Positions 39,547-50,095 are shown, numbered from the stretch's first letter. The stretch is DNA of 64,000 bases from an uncultured Fibrobacteria bacterium (GCA_963716395.1 OY970309.1:3690784-3754783), one strand, 5' to 3'. Made by a program: numbers and translations. Notes: a model not told the origin generated them from the letters alone.

Positions 39547-40374
39547 ATGACACATTTCCTTTCCCTACGACGCGGTCTTGGGGTCGCGCTGGCGACCATG
39601 GTCCTGGTTGCTTGCAGCAGCAAGCCGAAAAACCTGCAAGGCGATTGCCGCACCCAATTCGCCAAACTCGATGCCCAATTTCAAAAGAAAAAATACGCCT
39701 CGGCGAAAGAGGGCCTGTCGGATTTCACCACCACATGCGCCGGCACCGAACACGCCGAACAGGCCGAGTTTGAATTGTGCGAATCGCATTTCGCGCTGCA
39801 GGAGTGGATGGAAGCCGAAGAGGAATACTCCTCTTTCCTGAAAGATTTTCCCGGATCCAAACAGGAAGAACTGGCGCGCTATCGGCTGGCGCAAAGCATG
39901 GCCAACCAGGCGGGATCACCCCAGCGCGATCAATCCAAAACCGTAGACGCCATTCATGAATTCGAAACCTATTTGGCCGATTATCCCGAATCGCCGCACA
40001 GCGATAGCGCCAAGTCGGAATTGGATCGCCTGCACAAGTTGCTCGCCGCCCGCGATATGGGCATCGCACATTTGTACCTGCGTATGGGCGAACCGCTGGC
40101 GGCCGCGATTTACTACAAGCATATACTGAACCAATACGGCGACCGCGTGCCGCAGCGCGAGATCATCCTGAAATTGGTGAACTGCTACATCGAATTGCAA
40201 CAGTTCAACGAGGCTGAAACCCAGTTGACGCGGCTCGATGGAGTTCCCAAAGACGACCCGTTTTTGGGCAAGGTCAAAGCCATGCATAAAAAGCTGGAAA
40301 AGGCCGAGACCCGATACGCCCGCGAAAAGAAGGCCGAAAAAGAAGAGGAAGCGCAGAAACCCCGCGCCTTGTGA
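39547..40374 (+). CDS. bamD: Outer-membrane assembly lipoprotein BamD
   Basis: Lipobox LVA|C, TPRs, RDQSKT, YP.S, AAAIYY. Confidence 0.88.
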   Translation: MTHFLSLRRGLGVALATMVLVACSSKPKNLQGDCRTQFAKLDAQFQKKKYASAKEGLSDFTTTCAGTEHAEQAEFELCESHFALQEWMEAEEEYSSFLKDFPGSKQEELARYRLAQSMANQAGSPQRDQSKTVDAIHEFETYLADYPESPHSDSAKSELDRLHKLLAARDMGIAHLYLRMGEPLAAAIYYKHILNQYGDRVPQREIILKLVNCYIELQQFNEAETQLTRLDGVPKDDPFLGKVKAMHKKLEKAETRYAREKKAEKEEEAQKPRAL

Positions 40375-40392
40375 AGGCGAAGGGTGCACGCT

Positions 40393-40992
40393 ATGCGCAT
40401 CGGCGTTTTCGGCGGCGCTTTCGACCCCCCGCATGCGGCGCATGCGGCCGTGGCCGCGGCCGCGCAACGCGAATTGAACCTCGACCGGGTGTTGTGGATT
40501 CCCACGGCATACCCACCGCATAAGCAGACGCCTGCGACCGCCTTCGAACATCGCTTCGGTATGGTCGCGGCTTTGATTCAAGGTTGTTCCGGCCAGGAAG
40601 TGTCGGAGGTGGAAGCCTCATTGCCGCCGCCTTCGTATATGCTGCGAACCTTGCGCACCCTCAAAGCGGCCTCGGGTTCGGGCCATGCCTGGTATCTCAT
40701 CGTGGGGGCCGACCAATGGTCCGCTTTTCCGCGCTGGCATGATCCCGAAGCCGTGCTGGCCGAGGCCGAGCTGGTGGTCTATCCGCGCAATGGATTGCCA
40801 CTCGGCGAATTGCCGCCCCGGGTACAGGCTTTGCATTGCCCGGAGATTTCCGAGGCTTCGCAGGCCTGGCGCGAGCAATTGCGCCGGCATCCCGACGCGG
40901 TTTTGTCACAACTTCCGGACCCCGTGGCCCGCTATATCCGCCGAAACGGGCTCTATGGGCTCAACGGACTCAAGCCCCAAGGGGCGGCATGA
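40393..40992 (+). CDS. nadD: Nicotinate-nucleotide adenylyltransferase
   Basis: GVFGGAFDPPHAAH, PPHK, IVGAD, YIRRNGLY. Confidence 0.93.
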   Translation: MRIGVFGGAFDPPHAAHAAVAAAAQRELNLDRVLWIPTAYPPHKQTPATAFEHRFGMVAALIQGCSGQEVSEVEASLPPPSYMLRTLRTLKAASGSGHAWYLIVGADQWSAFPRWHDPEAVLAEAELVVYPRNGLPLGELPPRVQALHCPEISEASQAWREQLRRHPDAVLSQLPDPVARYIRRNGLYGLNGLKPQGAA

Positions 40993-41936
40993 AGCCGTGG
41001 GCCGTGGCCTTGCTGGCCCTGCGGGCCCTGGCCGATCCCGCGGCCGTCGGCACCATGCCGGCCGATTCGCTGGCGGCCTTTCGCAGCGACTCGGCGAGCC
41101 TTTCCGCCATCCACTCCGTCGAAGCCGGCAATTCAGGCGGCCCGCGCCGGAGTGCGGCGGGCAAGGCTTCGTTCGACAGCTTGGAGCGCAAGCTGGAGCA
41201 CCGTCACATCGCGATCGGGTTCACGGCCGGGATTTCTTTCACCGAGCACTCGGCCCAGGATCTGTTCGCGAACCATCTCGACACCATCGCCAATCGCGAC
41301 AGCCTGCAAATACTGCAACCCTACGATCCGGTCGATCTTTTTTTCCCCGTGGGCCTGATGGTGACCGTGCCGCTGTCCCGCCATCTCGACCTGTGGGTGC
41401 GCACCGACCACTTCTGGTATACGCAATCGGCATTGGCTCAGGGCACGGGCCCGGCGCAGGAATTCTGGTTCGCTGTGCAGGCGCAACTGGCGGGCCTGGG
41501 AATTCGGTATTTGATTCCCGTCACGTTTTTGTCGGTTTCGGGCCGTCCGGGATTGTATGTGGCCTATACCCAATACTGGAATTTCGCCAACACCGAGATG
41601 TACGCGCCCACGGGGTCGGTGCGGGCGCGCACCGAATTGGCCGGGGCCGGTTACGAAATCCAGGCCGGCTTCCAGCAGGATTTCAGTCGGCGCTGGACAG
41701 TCACGGGCGGGCTTTCCTTCGCCAATTTCGATTTCCAGAGCCGGCAATCGTGGCGCGCCATTCTTCCCGATGCACCGGACACGCCGGCAGAATGGCAATT
41801 GCGCGCCTTGCGGCTCACGTTTCAATTTCTGTACCAGTTTAAAGTGGAGAGAACCTCGTCGCCGCCCGCCAGTCCGCCGACCGACACCCCACCGCCCGGC
41901 GGGCTGGCGCCGAAGCCGCTTGTGCCAAAGCAATAA
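40989..41936 (+). CDS. Hypothetical exported protein, probable outer-membrane beta-barrel
   Basis: Signal peptide; alternating aromatic beta-strands; ATG overlaps the nadD stop. Confidence 0.65.
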   Translation: MKPWAVALLALRALADPAAVGTMPADSLAAFRSDSASLSAIHSVEAGNSGGPRRSAAGKASFDSLERKLEHRHIAIGFTAGISFTEHSAQDLFANHLDTIANRDSLQILQPYDPVDLFFPVGLMVTVPLSRHLDLWVRTDHFWYTQSALAQGTGPAQEFWFAVQAQLAGLGIRYLIPVTFLSVSGRPGLYVAYTQYWNFANTEMYAPTGSVRARTELAGAGYEIQAGFQQDFSRRWTVTGGLSFANFDFQSRQSWRAILPDAPDTPAEWQLRALRLTFQFLYQFKVERTSSPPASPPTDTPPPGGLAPKPLVPKQ

Positions 41937-41962
41937 AGCGCGCAAAAATTTAAGTTTGACCC

Positions 41963-42850
41963 GTGTCCGGCGCTTCCCTCCCCGTCATCCGCGAGTTTCC
42001 TCTGTTCCGGCGCGGCAAGGTGCGCGACGTCTACGATCTGGGCGAGCACCTGCTGATGGTGGCCTCGGATCGCATCTCGGCCTTTGATGTCATCATGCCC
42101 ACGCCCATTCCCGACAAGGGGCGCATCCTGACGCAACTTTCGCTGTTCTGGTTCGACTTCCTCGGCGAACCCAACCACGTGGTCACGGCCGACGTGGCGG
42201 AATTTCCGGCGGCCCTGAAACCCTATGCCGAGGCCTTGCGCGGCCGGTCCCTGCTGGTGCGCAAAGCCCGGCGCTTCGACGTCGAATGCGTGGTGCGCGG
42301 CTATCTCGCCGGTTCCGGGTGGAAGGATTATCGCCGTTCGGGATCGATTTGCGGCGTGCCGTTGCCCGAGGGGTTGCGCCAGAGCGCCCGCCTCGCGGCT
42401 CCCATTTTTACGCCCGCGGCCAAAAACGATTCCGGCCACGACGAAAACATTTCCTTCGATCAGATGGCCGGGGCTATCGGCGAAGCCACCGCGGCCGATT
42501 TACGCGACCGCAGCCTGCGCCTCTACCGCCGCGCCCGCGATTATGCCGCCGCGCGCGGCGTCCTGCTCGCCGACACCAAATTCGAATTCGGCACCGTGCA
42601 CGGTGACGTGCTGATCATCGACGAGGTATTGACGCCCGACTCTTCGCGCTTCTGGCCCGCGGCCGAATATACGGAAGGCCGCGATCAGAAAAGCTTCGAC
42701 AAGCAGTATCTTCGCGATTATCTGGAAACCCTGGACTGGGGCAAAACCGCGCCGGGCCCGGATCTGCCCCGCGACGTGGTGGAAAACACCCGCGCCAAAT
42801 ATTGCGAAGCCTTTCGGCTGCTGACGGGAAAGGAGTTCCATGACGCCTAA
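41963..42850 (+). CDS. purC: SAICAR synthetase
   Basis: GKVRDVY, SDRISAFD, ECVVRGY, DTKFEFG, DEVLTPDSSRFW. Confidence 0.97.
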   Translation: MSGASLPVIREFPLFRRGKVRDVYDLGEHLLMVASDRISAFDVIMPTPIPDKGRILTQLSLFWFDFLGEPNHVVTADVAEFPAALKPYAEALRGRSLLVRKARRFDVECVVRGYLAGSGWKDYRRSGSICGVPLPEGLRQSARLAAPIFTPAAKNDSGHDENISFDQMAGAIGEATAADLRDRSLRLYRRARDYAAARGVLLADTKFEFGTVHGDVLIIDEVLTPDSSRFWPAAEYTEGRDQKSFDKQYLRDYLETLDWGKTAPGPDLPRDVVENTRAKYCEAFRLLTGKEFHDA

Positions 42851-44447
42851 AACCGCGCTTCTCAGCGTTTCGGACAAACACGGCGTGCTGGCCTTGGCCT
42901 ACGGCCTGCAAGCATTGGGCTGGCGCATTCTCAGCACCGGCGGCACGCTGCGGCATCTGCAGGAAAACGGTATTGCCGCCCAGTCGGTGTCGGAGCATAC
43001 GGGCTCGCCGGAAATTCTCGACGGCCGGGTGAAAACCCTGCATCCCCGCATTCACGGCGGCATCTTGGCCCGCCGCGCCTTGCCCGAGCATCGCGCGCAG
43101 CTCGAAGAGCACCACATCGATCCCATCGACCTGGTGGCCGTGAACCTCTACCCTTTCCGCGCGACCGTGGCCAAGCCTGGAGTAACGCTGGAAGAAGCGA
43201 TTGAGAACATCGACATCGGCGGGCCGAGCATGCTGCGGTCGGCGGCCAAGAACCACGAAGACGTGGCCGTGCTCTGCGATCCCGAGGATTACGAACCGGC
43301 CTTGGCCGAATTGCGCGCCGAGGGCGCGTTATCGCTGGCCACCCGGCGGCGGCTGGCCGTCAAAGCTTTTCGCCATACCGCCGAATACGATGCGGCCGTC
43401 GACGCCTATCTGGCGGCCGCCATGCTCGACGAACCGGTGCTGCACCTGAGTTTCGGACCGGGGAAACCTTTGCGTTACGGTGAGAACGATCACCAGCAAG
43501 CCGTCTTCTACCGCGAAGCGCCGGGGGCCGAGTTCAATCTCGGCACCTGCCGGCAAGTGCACGGCAAAGAATTGAGCTACAACAATCTGGTCGATGCCGA
43601 CGCCGCGCTCGAAGCCGTGCGCGATTTGCGCGAGGCTCCGGCCGTGGCGGTGATCAAGCACACCAATCCCTGCGGCTATGCCACGGGAGCCACCTTGACC
43701 GAAGCCTTCGAGGCCGCGTGGCAGGGCGATCCCGTGTCGGCTTTCGGATCGGTGATCGCCGTGTCGCGCCGCCTCGACCCAGCCACGGCCGAACGCCTGA
43801 AGGGCCGCTTCGTCGAGGTTTTGATCGCGCCCGGCTTCGATCCCGAAGCCCTAGATCTGCTGCGTAAGAAAAGCAAAGACATCCGCCTGCTCGATCTCGG
43901 CGAACTCAAGGCGCCGCAGCCGCGCAAGGTTTACAAACACGTGCTCGGCGGCCTGCTGGAACAGGATCGCGACGTCGACCTGTTCCGCAAATGGGAATGC
44001 GTCACAAAGGCCGCCTTTCCCGAGGCCCTGAAGCCGCTGGCGCAATTCACCTGGAAGGCCTGCAAGCACGTGAAGTCGAACGCCATCGCACTCGGTTATG
44101 AGTATGCTCCGGGCCGCTTCACCTTAATCGGCATGGGACCGGGCCAGCCGAACCGCATCGATTCCAACGTCAAACTGTGCCAGCCGCGCGCGCGCGAAAA
44201 CCTCGAACGCATGGCGCAGGAACAAAGTTTTGAAACCCAGAGCTTCGTGCGCGAGGCGCTGGCCAAATGCGTGCTGGCCTCGGATGCCTTTTTCCCCTTT
44301 GACGACAACGTCAAGGCGGCGCAGGCGGGCGGCATCCGCTATCTGGTGCAACCCGGCGGCAGTCTGCGCGACGCCGAAGTGATCGCCAGCGCCGATGCGC
44401 TGGGCATGGCCATGGTCTTCACCGGCACGCGCCATTTCCGGCATTGA
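42840..44447 (+). CDS. purH: AICAR transformylase/IMP cyclohydrolase
   Basis: ALLSVSDK, GRVKTLHP, IDIGGP, LRYGEN, SDAFFPF, TRHFRH. Confidence 0.97.
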   Translation: MTPKTALLSVSDKHGVLALAYGLQALGWRILSTGGTLRHLQENGIAAQSVSEHTGSPEILDGRVKTLHPRIHGGILARRALPEHRAQLEEHHIDPIDLVAVNLYPFRATVAKPGVTLEEAIENIDIGGPSMLRSAAKNHEDVAVLCDPEDYEPALAELRAEGALSLATRRRLAVKAFRHTAEYDAAVDAYLAAAMLDEPVLHLSFGPGKPLRYGENDHQQAVFYREAPGAEFNLGTCRQVHGKELSYNNLVDADAALEAVRDLREAPAVAVIKHTNPCGYATGATLTEAFEAAWQGDPVSAFGSVIAVSRRLDPATAERLKGRFVEVLIAPGFDPEALDLLRKKSKDIRLLDLGELKAPQPRKVYKHVLGGLLEQDRDVDLFRKWECVTKAAFPEALKPLAQFTWKACKHVKSNAIALGYEYAPGRFTLIGMGPGQPNRIDSNVKLCQPRARENLERMAQEQSFETQSFVREALAKCVLASDAFFPFDDNVKAAQAGGIRYLVQPGGSLRDAEVIASADALGMAMVFTGTRHFRH

Positions 44448-44449
44448 AT

Positions 44450-44887
44450 ATGGAATGGGACCGGAATCCCTTGTGGCCCCAAGCGCTCGACGCCGTGCAG
44501 GTCCACTTCAAATCGTGGTGGGAAGCCGGCGCGCGCAAACGCGGGTGGACGGCGCTGGCCGACGATTTGGGACGGCTCGGTCTGGATAAGAATGCCCGCG
44601 CCGGTCTGCTGGGCTGGGCCGAAACCCTGGCGGCCCAGCGCGGAAGAACGCCGCTGCGCGTGCGCCTGCTGCATCCCATGGAGCGGGAAATGCTCACGGT
44701 CGAAGGTTATGGCCGCCTGCTCGAACTCTACCGCATCGGCCTTCTGGACGGCCCGGCCCTGGAGCAGATTCTGGATCAATGCGCGGGACTGACCCAGCTT
44801 CCCGCCACGGCCGCCCAAATCCAGGTGCTGGCGCAGCGGTTGCTGTCCGAAAGCATTTCCGCGCAGGGATTCGGACTCCCCCATTGA
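44450..44887 (+). CDS. Smg/DUF494-like protein
   Basis: 'LADDLGRLG....LLGWAETLA' and 'RLLHPMEREMLTVEGYGRLLEL...ALEQIL' resemble Smg; C-terminal H. Confidence 0.65.
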   Translation: MEWDRNPLWPQALDAVQVHFKSWWEAGARKRGWTALADDLGRLGLDKNARAGLLGWAETLAAQRGRTPLRVRLLHPMEREMLTVEGYGRLLELYRIGLLDGPALEQILDQCAGLTQLPATAAQIQVLAQRLLSESISAQGFGLPH

Positions 44888-46209
44888 ATCCGATTCGTGT
44901 CATCGGCGGCGGTTTGGCCGGCTGCGAAGCTGCTTTGCAATTGGCCGCGGCGGGCCATGCCGTCGATCTTTTCGAAATGCGTCCGGTGCGGCCGACGCCG
45001 GCGCATCGCACCGGCGGGCTGGCCGAGCTGGTGTGTTCGAATTCGTTCAAGGGCCTGGGCGCGGCTTCGGCGCATGGCCTCTTGAAAGAAGAACTGCGGC
45101 AACTCGGGTGCAAATTGCTGGTGCTGGCCCAAGCGTCGCGCGTTCCGGCCGGCGAAAGCCTGGCGGTCGACCGCGAGGCCTTTTCACAACGGGTGCAGGC
45201 CGCGATTGAATTCAACCCGCGCATCCGTTTACACCGCGAAGAAGTCACGGCGCTCGACCCCGAAGCGTGGACGCTCTTGGCCACCGGGCCCTTGACCTCC
45301 GACGCTTTGGCGCAAAACCTTTTCGCCCAACTGGGCCAAGACCGCCTCTTCTTTTTCGATTCCATTGCGCCTGTGGTCATGGCCGATAGTCTGGAACCGG
45401 ATTTTCTGTTCGCCAAAAACCGTTGGGACAAAGGCGACGCGCCCGACTTTCTGAATTGTCCGCTGGATCGCGAGCAGTATGACGCGCTGATCGCCTCTTT
45501 GGTACAGGCCGACACCGTGGAACCCAAGCCCTTTGAAAAGGGGCAATTGTTCGAAGGCTGTTTGCCCATCGAAGAAATGGCCAAGCGCGGCCCCGATACT
45601 TTGCGCCACGGCCCCATGCGGCCGGTGGGACTGCACGACCCACGCACGGGCAAGATTCCGCATGCCGTGATTCAATTACGCGCCGAGAATCAGCAGAAAT
45701 CACTGTACAACTTGGTGGGATTTCAAACCCGGCTCAAATGGGGCACGCAAAAAGAAATTCTGACCCGCATTCCGGGATTGCGGAACGCGGTGTTCGCGCG
45801 CTTCGGCGCCATGCATCGCAATACCTTTCTCGATTCACCGCGCCTGCTCGAACCCTCCCTGCGTTTGCGCGGCACGCGCATTTTCTGCGCCGGCCAATTG
45901 ACCGGAGCCGAAGGCTACACCGAAGCCTTATCCACCGGATTCTATGCCGCTTCCTGCCTGCATGCCGCCTTGTCGGGCGAAAAGGATTTTCGCTGGCCCG
46001 AAGCATCTGGTATCGGTGCCTTGGTGCGTCACTTGACCAGCCCCAATCCCGATTTTCAGCCCATGAATTTCAATTTCGGGCTGTTGCCTGTCGACCCGTT
46101 GTGGCCGAAAAAACAGCGCAAACAAATGCAAATCGACGCCTGCCGGCAAGCGTGGACCGACTTTCGGCCCATGGGCGAAGCCGTTGACTTGACGGCAATT
46201 CCTTATTAA
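44884..46209 (+). CDS. trmFO: Folate/FAD-dependent tRNA U54 methyltransferase
   Basis: GGGLAGCEAA, AELVCSNS, FEGCLPIE, VGFQT, HRNTF, GQLTGAEGY, FQPMN; TTG start. Confidence 0.96.
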   Translation: MNPIRVIGGGLAGCEAALQLAAAGHAVDLFEMRPVRPTPAHRTGGLAELVCSNSFKGLGAASAHGLLKEELRQLGCKLLVLAQASRVPAGESLAVDREAFSQRVQAAIEFNPRIRLHREEVTALDPEAWTLLATGPLTSDALAQNLFAQLGQDRLFFFDSIAPVVMADSLEPDFLFAKNRWDKGDAPDFLNCPLDREQYDALIASLVQADTVEPKPFEKGQLFEGCLPIEEMAKRGPDTLRHGPMRPVGLHDPRTGKIPHAVIQLRAENQQKSLYNLVGFQTRLKWGTQKEILTRIPGLRNAVFARFGAMHRNTFLDSPRLLEPSLRLRGTRIFCAGQLTGAEGYTEALSTGFYAASCLHAALSGEKDFRWPEASGIGALVRHLTSPNPDFQPMNFNFGLLPVDPLWPKKQRKQMQIDACRQAWTDFRPMGEAVDLTAIPY

Positions 46210-46285
46210 ATTAATAGACAATTATAAAGCATTAGTATGAATTGAGTTACACGCTTTTCGTTAATGCTTTAAGGAGTGAACTATT

Positions 46286-46705
46286 ATGATGTACGATGAA
46301 GAAATGATTGCCCCCATGCGACAAGAACTGACCGACTTGGGTTTCATCGAAACGCGCACGCCGCAAGAAGTGGATCGCTATTTGGCCACTCCCAAAGGCA
46401 CCACCTTGCTGGTGGTGAATTCGGTGTGCGGTTGCGCGGCCGCCAATGCCCGTCCGGCCCTGGCGGTGGCCATGCACCAAGCCGCGAAAAAACCCGATCA
46501 CGCCATCACGGTGTTCGCGGGCAATGATGGCGATGCCACCCAAAAGGCGCGCTCTTATTTGGCAGGCTATCCCCCGTCTTCACCCTCGATTGCCCTGTTC
46601 AAAGACGGCGAAGTGGCCTTCATGCTCGAACGCCATCAAATCGCCGGACGCGATGCCGAAGACATCGGCCGTGAGATCGTAACCGCGCTCAGCGAGTATT
46701 GCTGA
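46286..46705 (+). CDS. BrxA/BrxB-family bacilliredoxin
   Basis: NSVCGCAA..ARP, TVFAG, PPSSPSIALFKDG; SD AAGGAG. Confidence 0.93.
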   Translation: MMYDEEMIAPMRQELTDLGFIETRTPQEVDRYLATPKGTTLLVVNSVCGCAAANARPALAVAMHQAAKKPDHAITVFAGNDGDATQKARSYLAGYPPSSPSIALFKDGEVAFMLERHQIAGRDAEDIGREIVTALSEYC

Positions 46706-46748
46706 GCCCGGCTTCTCGCCGGGTTTATGCGGTCACCGGGCGGATTCG

Positions 46749-47399
46749 TCAGCCGGCGGCCGGCTTCTCGTGCAGCAGCAAATCCTGAAAACGCGTTGAG
46801 GCTGCACCCAGCCGAGTGCGCAAGGTTTCTAGACTCACCCGTTCTTCCGCCACGCTTTCGGTGATCACGCGGATTTCCATTCCGGGAATTTCGAGCTTTC
46901 GCAAGGCGCGATGAAATCCCGCACCTTCCCAGGCATAGGCCAAGGCGCCGAAGCGTTCCCCCAATCTCCGTTTTTCCGCGGCATCGAAGCAATCGGCGTC
47001 AGCCGATAAAATGCGACCCGCATGCAGCCAAGGCCGCGCAGCCGAGGCGGACAAAAATCCGGTGGGCCGGAACCGGGGCGGTGGGTTTGCTTCTGCGCCG
47101 GTTGAACGAAAATCGATTTCCACGCATTCGGTATTCATCACGAACTCGCCGGGTTGCGGTTCCGAAGACAGCGCCGCAGCGGCGCCCGTCAAAATAATCC
47201 GGTCCGGCCGTACGGCTTCGCCCAAGCAGGCGCAGGCCAAGGCGGCTTCCACCTTGCCCTGGCCGCAAACCGCCGCGCTCCAAGCCGACGAAGCCGGGGC
47301 GAACATGCGATAGCCCTTCACCTGGTGCTCGCGAAGCTCCGCAGCGGCGCCAATCAGGGCGCGCAGTTCCGCGAAGAAGGGAAACAGGAATAAGGTCAA
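46749..47399 (-). CDS. PNP/UDP-superfamily nucleosidase (MTAN/MqnB-like), divergent
   Basis: [33 protein letters not shown]; TTG overlaps the RidA stop. Confidence 0.75.
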   Translation of the reverse strand: MTLFLFPFFAELRALIGAAAELREHQVKGYRMFAPASSAWSAAVCGQGKVEAALACACLGEAVRPDRIILTGAAAALSSEPQPGEFVMNTECVEIDFRSTGAEANPPPRFRPTGFLSASAARPWLHAGRILSADADCFDAAEKRRLGERFGALAYAWEGAGFHRALRKLEIPGMEIRVITESVAEERVSLETLRTRLGAASTRFQDLLLHEKPAAG

Positions 47400-47854
47400 A
47401 GCACCTCGAATACGGCCGCGATTTCCACCGCGGCATCCAGCGGCAAGGCCGCCACGCCCACGGCCAGACGCGCATGTCGGCCGGCTTCGCCGAACACTTC
47501 GGCCAGAAGTTCCGAGGCGCCGTTCAACACCTGGGGCTGAGCGTGAAAGCCGGGCGCCGACTGCACAAAACCCTGGACTTGCACCACGCGCGTGATGGAA
47601 TCCAGGGACAGGCCATTGGCTTCCATGACCGCCATCATGTTCAGAATACACAGACGGGCGGCGTCGCGCCCCTGCTCCAGGGAAACATTTTCGCCCAGCC
47701 GGCCCGTCACCGCCATGCTACCTTCGCGCCAGGGCAATTGGCCGGAAACGAATACCAAGGATCCGGTTCGCACCCAGGGAAGATAAACGCCCTGAGCCCG
47801 CGGCATTTCCGGCAAGGCCAAACCTAGTCGCCGAAGCTTTTCCACCGGAGTCAT
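47396..47854 (-). CDS. RidA/YjgF-family protein
   Basis: VSGQLP, NGASELL..VFG..GRHAR.AVGV..LP. Confidence 0.92.
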   Translation of the reverse strand: MTPVEKLRRLGLALPEMPRAQGVYLPWVRTGSLVFVSGQLPWREGSMAVTGRLGENVSLEQGRDAARLCILNMMAVMEANGLSLDSITRVVQVQGFVQSAPGFHAQPQVLNGASELLAEVFGEAGRHARLAVGVAALPLDAAVEIAAVFEVL

Positions 47855-47938
47855 GCTGCAAAAATACCTTTGCGACCGTGCTTCCGGTCGTGCGGATCAA
47901 CCGGGACTCCAGCTATTATTTTGCTTCGATTCGATATC

Positions 47939-48739
47939 ATGCGCTTCCTCGACACGCATTGCCATCTCGACGATATTCTGGCCCGACTCGGCGTGGTCTC
48001 GTTCACCGAATTGCGGCACCGCTTCTTTCCGCCCGAATTCGCGGGTTGCGTGACCATTTCCTGCGACCCGGATTCGGTCGAGCCCACCCTCACCTTGCTG
48101 GCCGAAGATCGCGTGTTCGGAGCGTTCGGAATCCATCCGCATGAAGCCGAACGGTATACGCCTGAAATCGCGGCCCGCATTGAGGCAGCCCTGCGTCATC
48201 CCCGTTGCGTGGCCTATGGAGAGATCGGCTTGGACTACCATTACGACCACGCGCCGCGCGCCCTCCAACAACAGGTTTTTATCCGTCAAATCGAGGCCGG
48301 CGTCGCGGCCGGAAAGCCGCTCATCATCCACACGCGCGAGGCCGAAGCCGATACGCTGGCCATTCTGCGCGCGCATGCGCCGGCCGATTGGCCCATGCAT
48401 GTGCATTGCTTCACGTCTTCGCAGGATTTGGCCGCCGACCTGTTGGCCGATTTTTCCCGCCTTTGCATCGGCTTCACCGGCATCGTGACCTTCAAAAACG
48501 CCGAAGCCGTGCGCGACGTGGTACGCAACGTTCCCGTGGAAAGGATGTTGGTGGAAACCGACGGCCCGTATCTGGCTCCCAATCCTTACCGTGGCCAGGT
48601 CGCGCATCCGGGTCATATTCCTCTTATCATCGCCAAGCTGGCTGAAATCAAAGGGGAAAGCACCGCTTCCCTGGCGGAGATTTTATGCGAAAACGCCCGT
48701 CAACTTTATAAGCTGCCGGCGGAAATCGCGACCGAATAA
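47939..48739 (+). CDS. tatD: TatD-family nuclease
   Basis: DTHCHL, GIHPH, GEIGLDY, IHTRE, HCF, ETDGPYL. Confidence 0.93.
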   Translation: MRFLDTHCHLDDILARLGVVSFTELRHRFFPPEFAGCVTISCDPDSVEPTLTLLAEDRVFGAFGIHPHEAERYTPEIAARIEAALRHPRCVAYGEIGLDYHYDHAPRALQQQVFIRQIEAGVAAGKPLIIHTREAEADTLAILRAHAPADWPMHVHCFTSSQDLAADLLADFSRLCIGFTGIVTFKNAEAVRDVVRNVPVERMLVETDGPYLAPNPYRGQVAHPGHIPLIIAKLAEIKGESTASLAEILCENARQLYKLPAEIATE

Positions 48740-48773
48740 AACCGCTGGTTGAGAGATCCGCAAGCGAGGAATC

Positions 48774-49181
48774 TTAATTCGAGTTATCCCACTGTCCGTC
48801 CGGCTTGGTAGAGTCGGCCTTTTCCTCTTTATCGATCATTTGCTGCTGAATTTTATCATCGTTGATCTTCTGTTCCCATTCGGCCAGGCTTTGCCTGTAC
48901 AGCTCGCGCTGCTGATCGATTTGGGTGTTCACTTCCTGCAATTTGCCCTGCACCAGGTCGCGTTCTTTTTCCATCCGGGGATCGCCGGGGTAGCGTTCGA
49001 GATTGTTCAATACGATGACCAGCCGTTCCTGGTAATCGTCGCGTTTGTGTTCGAGTTTTTCCAGGCTTTGCTGTTCGTCGTTGACGCGGCTGCCATGATC
49101 GGTGAACGTGGCGCAACCCCCGCCACAGAATGCCAAGATGGCCGCCGTCATCCACCTAACGGGAAAAGATGTCTTCTTCAT
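48774..49181 (-). CDS. Hypothetical coiled-coil lipoprotein
   Basis: GGG|C lipobox-like site; Q/E/K-rich heptads. Confidence 0.65.
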   Translation of the reverse strand: MKKTSFPVRWMTAAILAFCGGGCATFTDHGSRVNDEQQSLEKLEHKRDDYQERLVIVLNNLERYPGDPRMEKERDLVQGKLQEVNTQIDQQRELYRQSLAEWEQKINDDKIQQQMIDKEEKADSTKPDGQWDNSN

Positions 49182-50052
49182 AACGGTACAAGGTGATGGG
49201 TTGATCCTCGTTCTGCGTGGTGTCGTGCAATACGATATGCCCGGTTTCGGAGATGGATTCGAAACAAGGCAAGCCGGTACTGCGTTCCAGCGAGAAATGG
49301 CGAATGCCGTCCACGCGTCCGGGCTTCCAGGTTGCGTGCTTCCAAGCCCGATTCTTGGAGGCGCTGTAAAAAAACTGTTCGACCAGAAGCGGCAGGGAAT
49401 CGCTGCGGTGATAATAGGTGTCGTATTCCAGGCACGAAAGCTTCAGGCGCGGCCTGGGTCCCTGGTACCTGGCCGAATCGAGAGTCAGGGTTTCCAGGCT
49501 TTTATTGATGCTATCCACCGGGATCGGCATCTGGAGCGGCAAGGGACCCTGCGGCAATAGACGGCGCAGGCGGAACACATCGCGCCGCTCGGCCTGAAAG
49601 CGCGCGGTATCGCTCATGCGCAGCAATTCTTCGCGGTAACTTTCGCGTTGCGGAATGCGGCGCAATACGGCGTAGAGCGAATCATATCCGGTAATGCGGT
49701 ACGGCACGCCGTTGGAACCCAACCACATGTCGAGATTGACTTTTTTCTCCAACTCGTTGGGCATGGAATTTTTGTGGTAGCCCCGGCCATTCAGGGTGTC
49801 GAGCCGGCGCTGCACCAGGTATCCGTCGCCCTGCTTTTTCCAAATCCAGGTCCACTGGGTTTGAAACATGGTGCCGGGTATCTCGCGGTCATCTCCCAGT
49901 TGCGAGGAGTAGGCCCCCATGTGGTTCACGGTCAGCACGGCCGACGCCGGCGGCACGGGGTGATAATCGACCTGTCCACAACTCCACAATAACATCGCGC
50001 CGACGGGCAGAACGGCGAATCGGAACCGGGAAGAACGCACGGGAGACTGCAT
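49156..50052 (-). CDS. Hypothetical lipoprotein
   Basis: LLWS|C lipobox; 298-aa ORF overlapping the downstream gene. Confidence 0.7.
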   Translation of the reverse strand: MQSPVRSSRFRFAVLPVGAMLLWSCGQVDYHPVPPASAVLTVNHMGAYSSQLGDDREIPGTMFQTQWTWIWKKQGDGYLVQRRLDTLNGRGYHKNSMPNELEKKVNLDMWLGSNGVPYRITGYDSLYAVLRRIPQRESYREELLRMSDTARFQAERRDVFRLRRLLPQGPLPLQMPIPVDSINKSLETLTLDSARYQGPRPRLKLSCLEYDTYYHRSDSLPLLVEQFFYSASKNRAWKHATWKPGRVDGIRHFSLERSTGLPCFESISETGHIVLHDTTQNEDQPITLYRYEEDIFSR

Positions 50053-50095
50053 CGGGGTCTGGGGATAATTGGGGATAAAGATAATTGCGCCGGGA

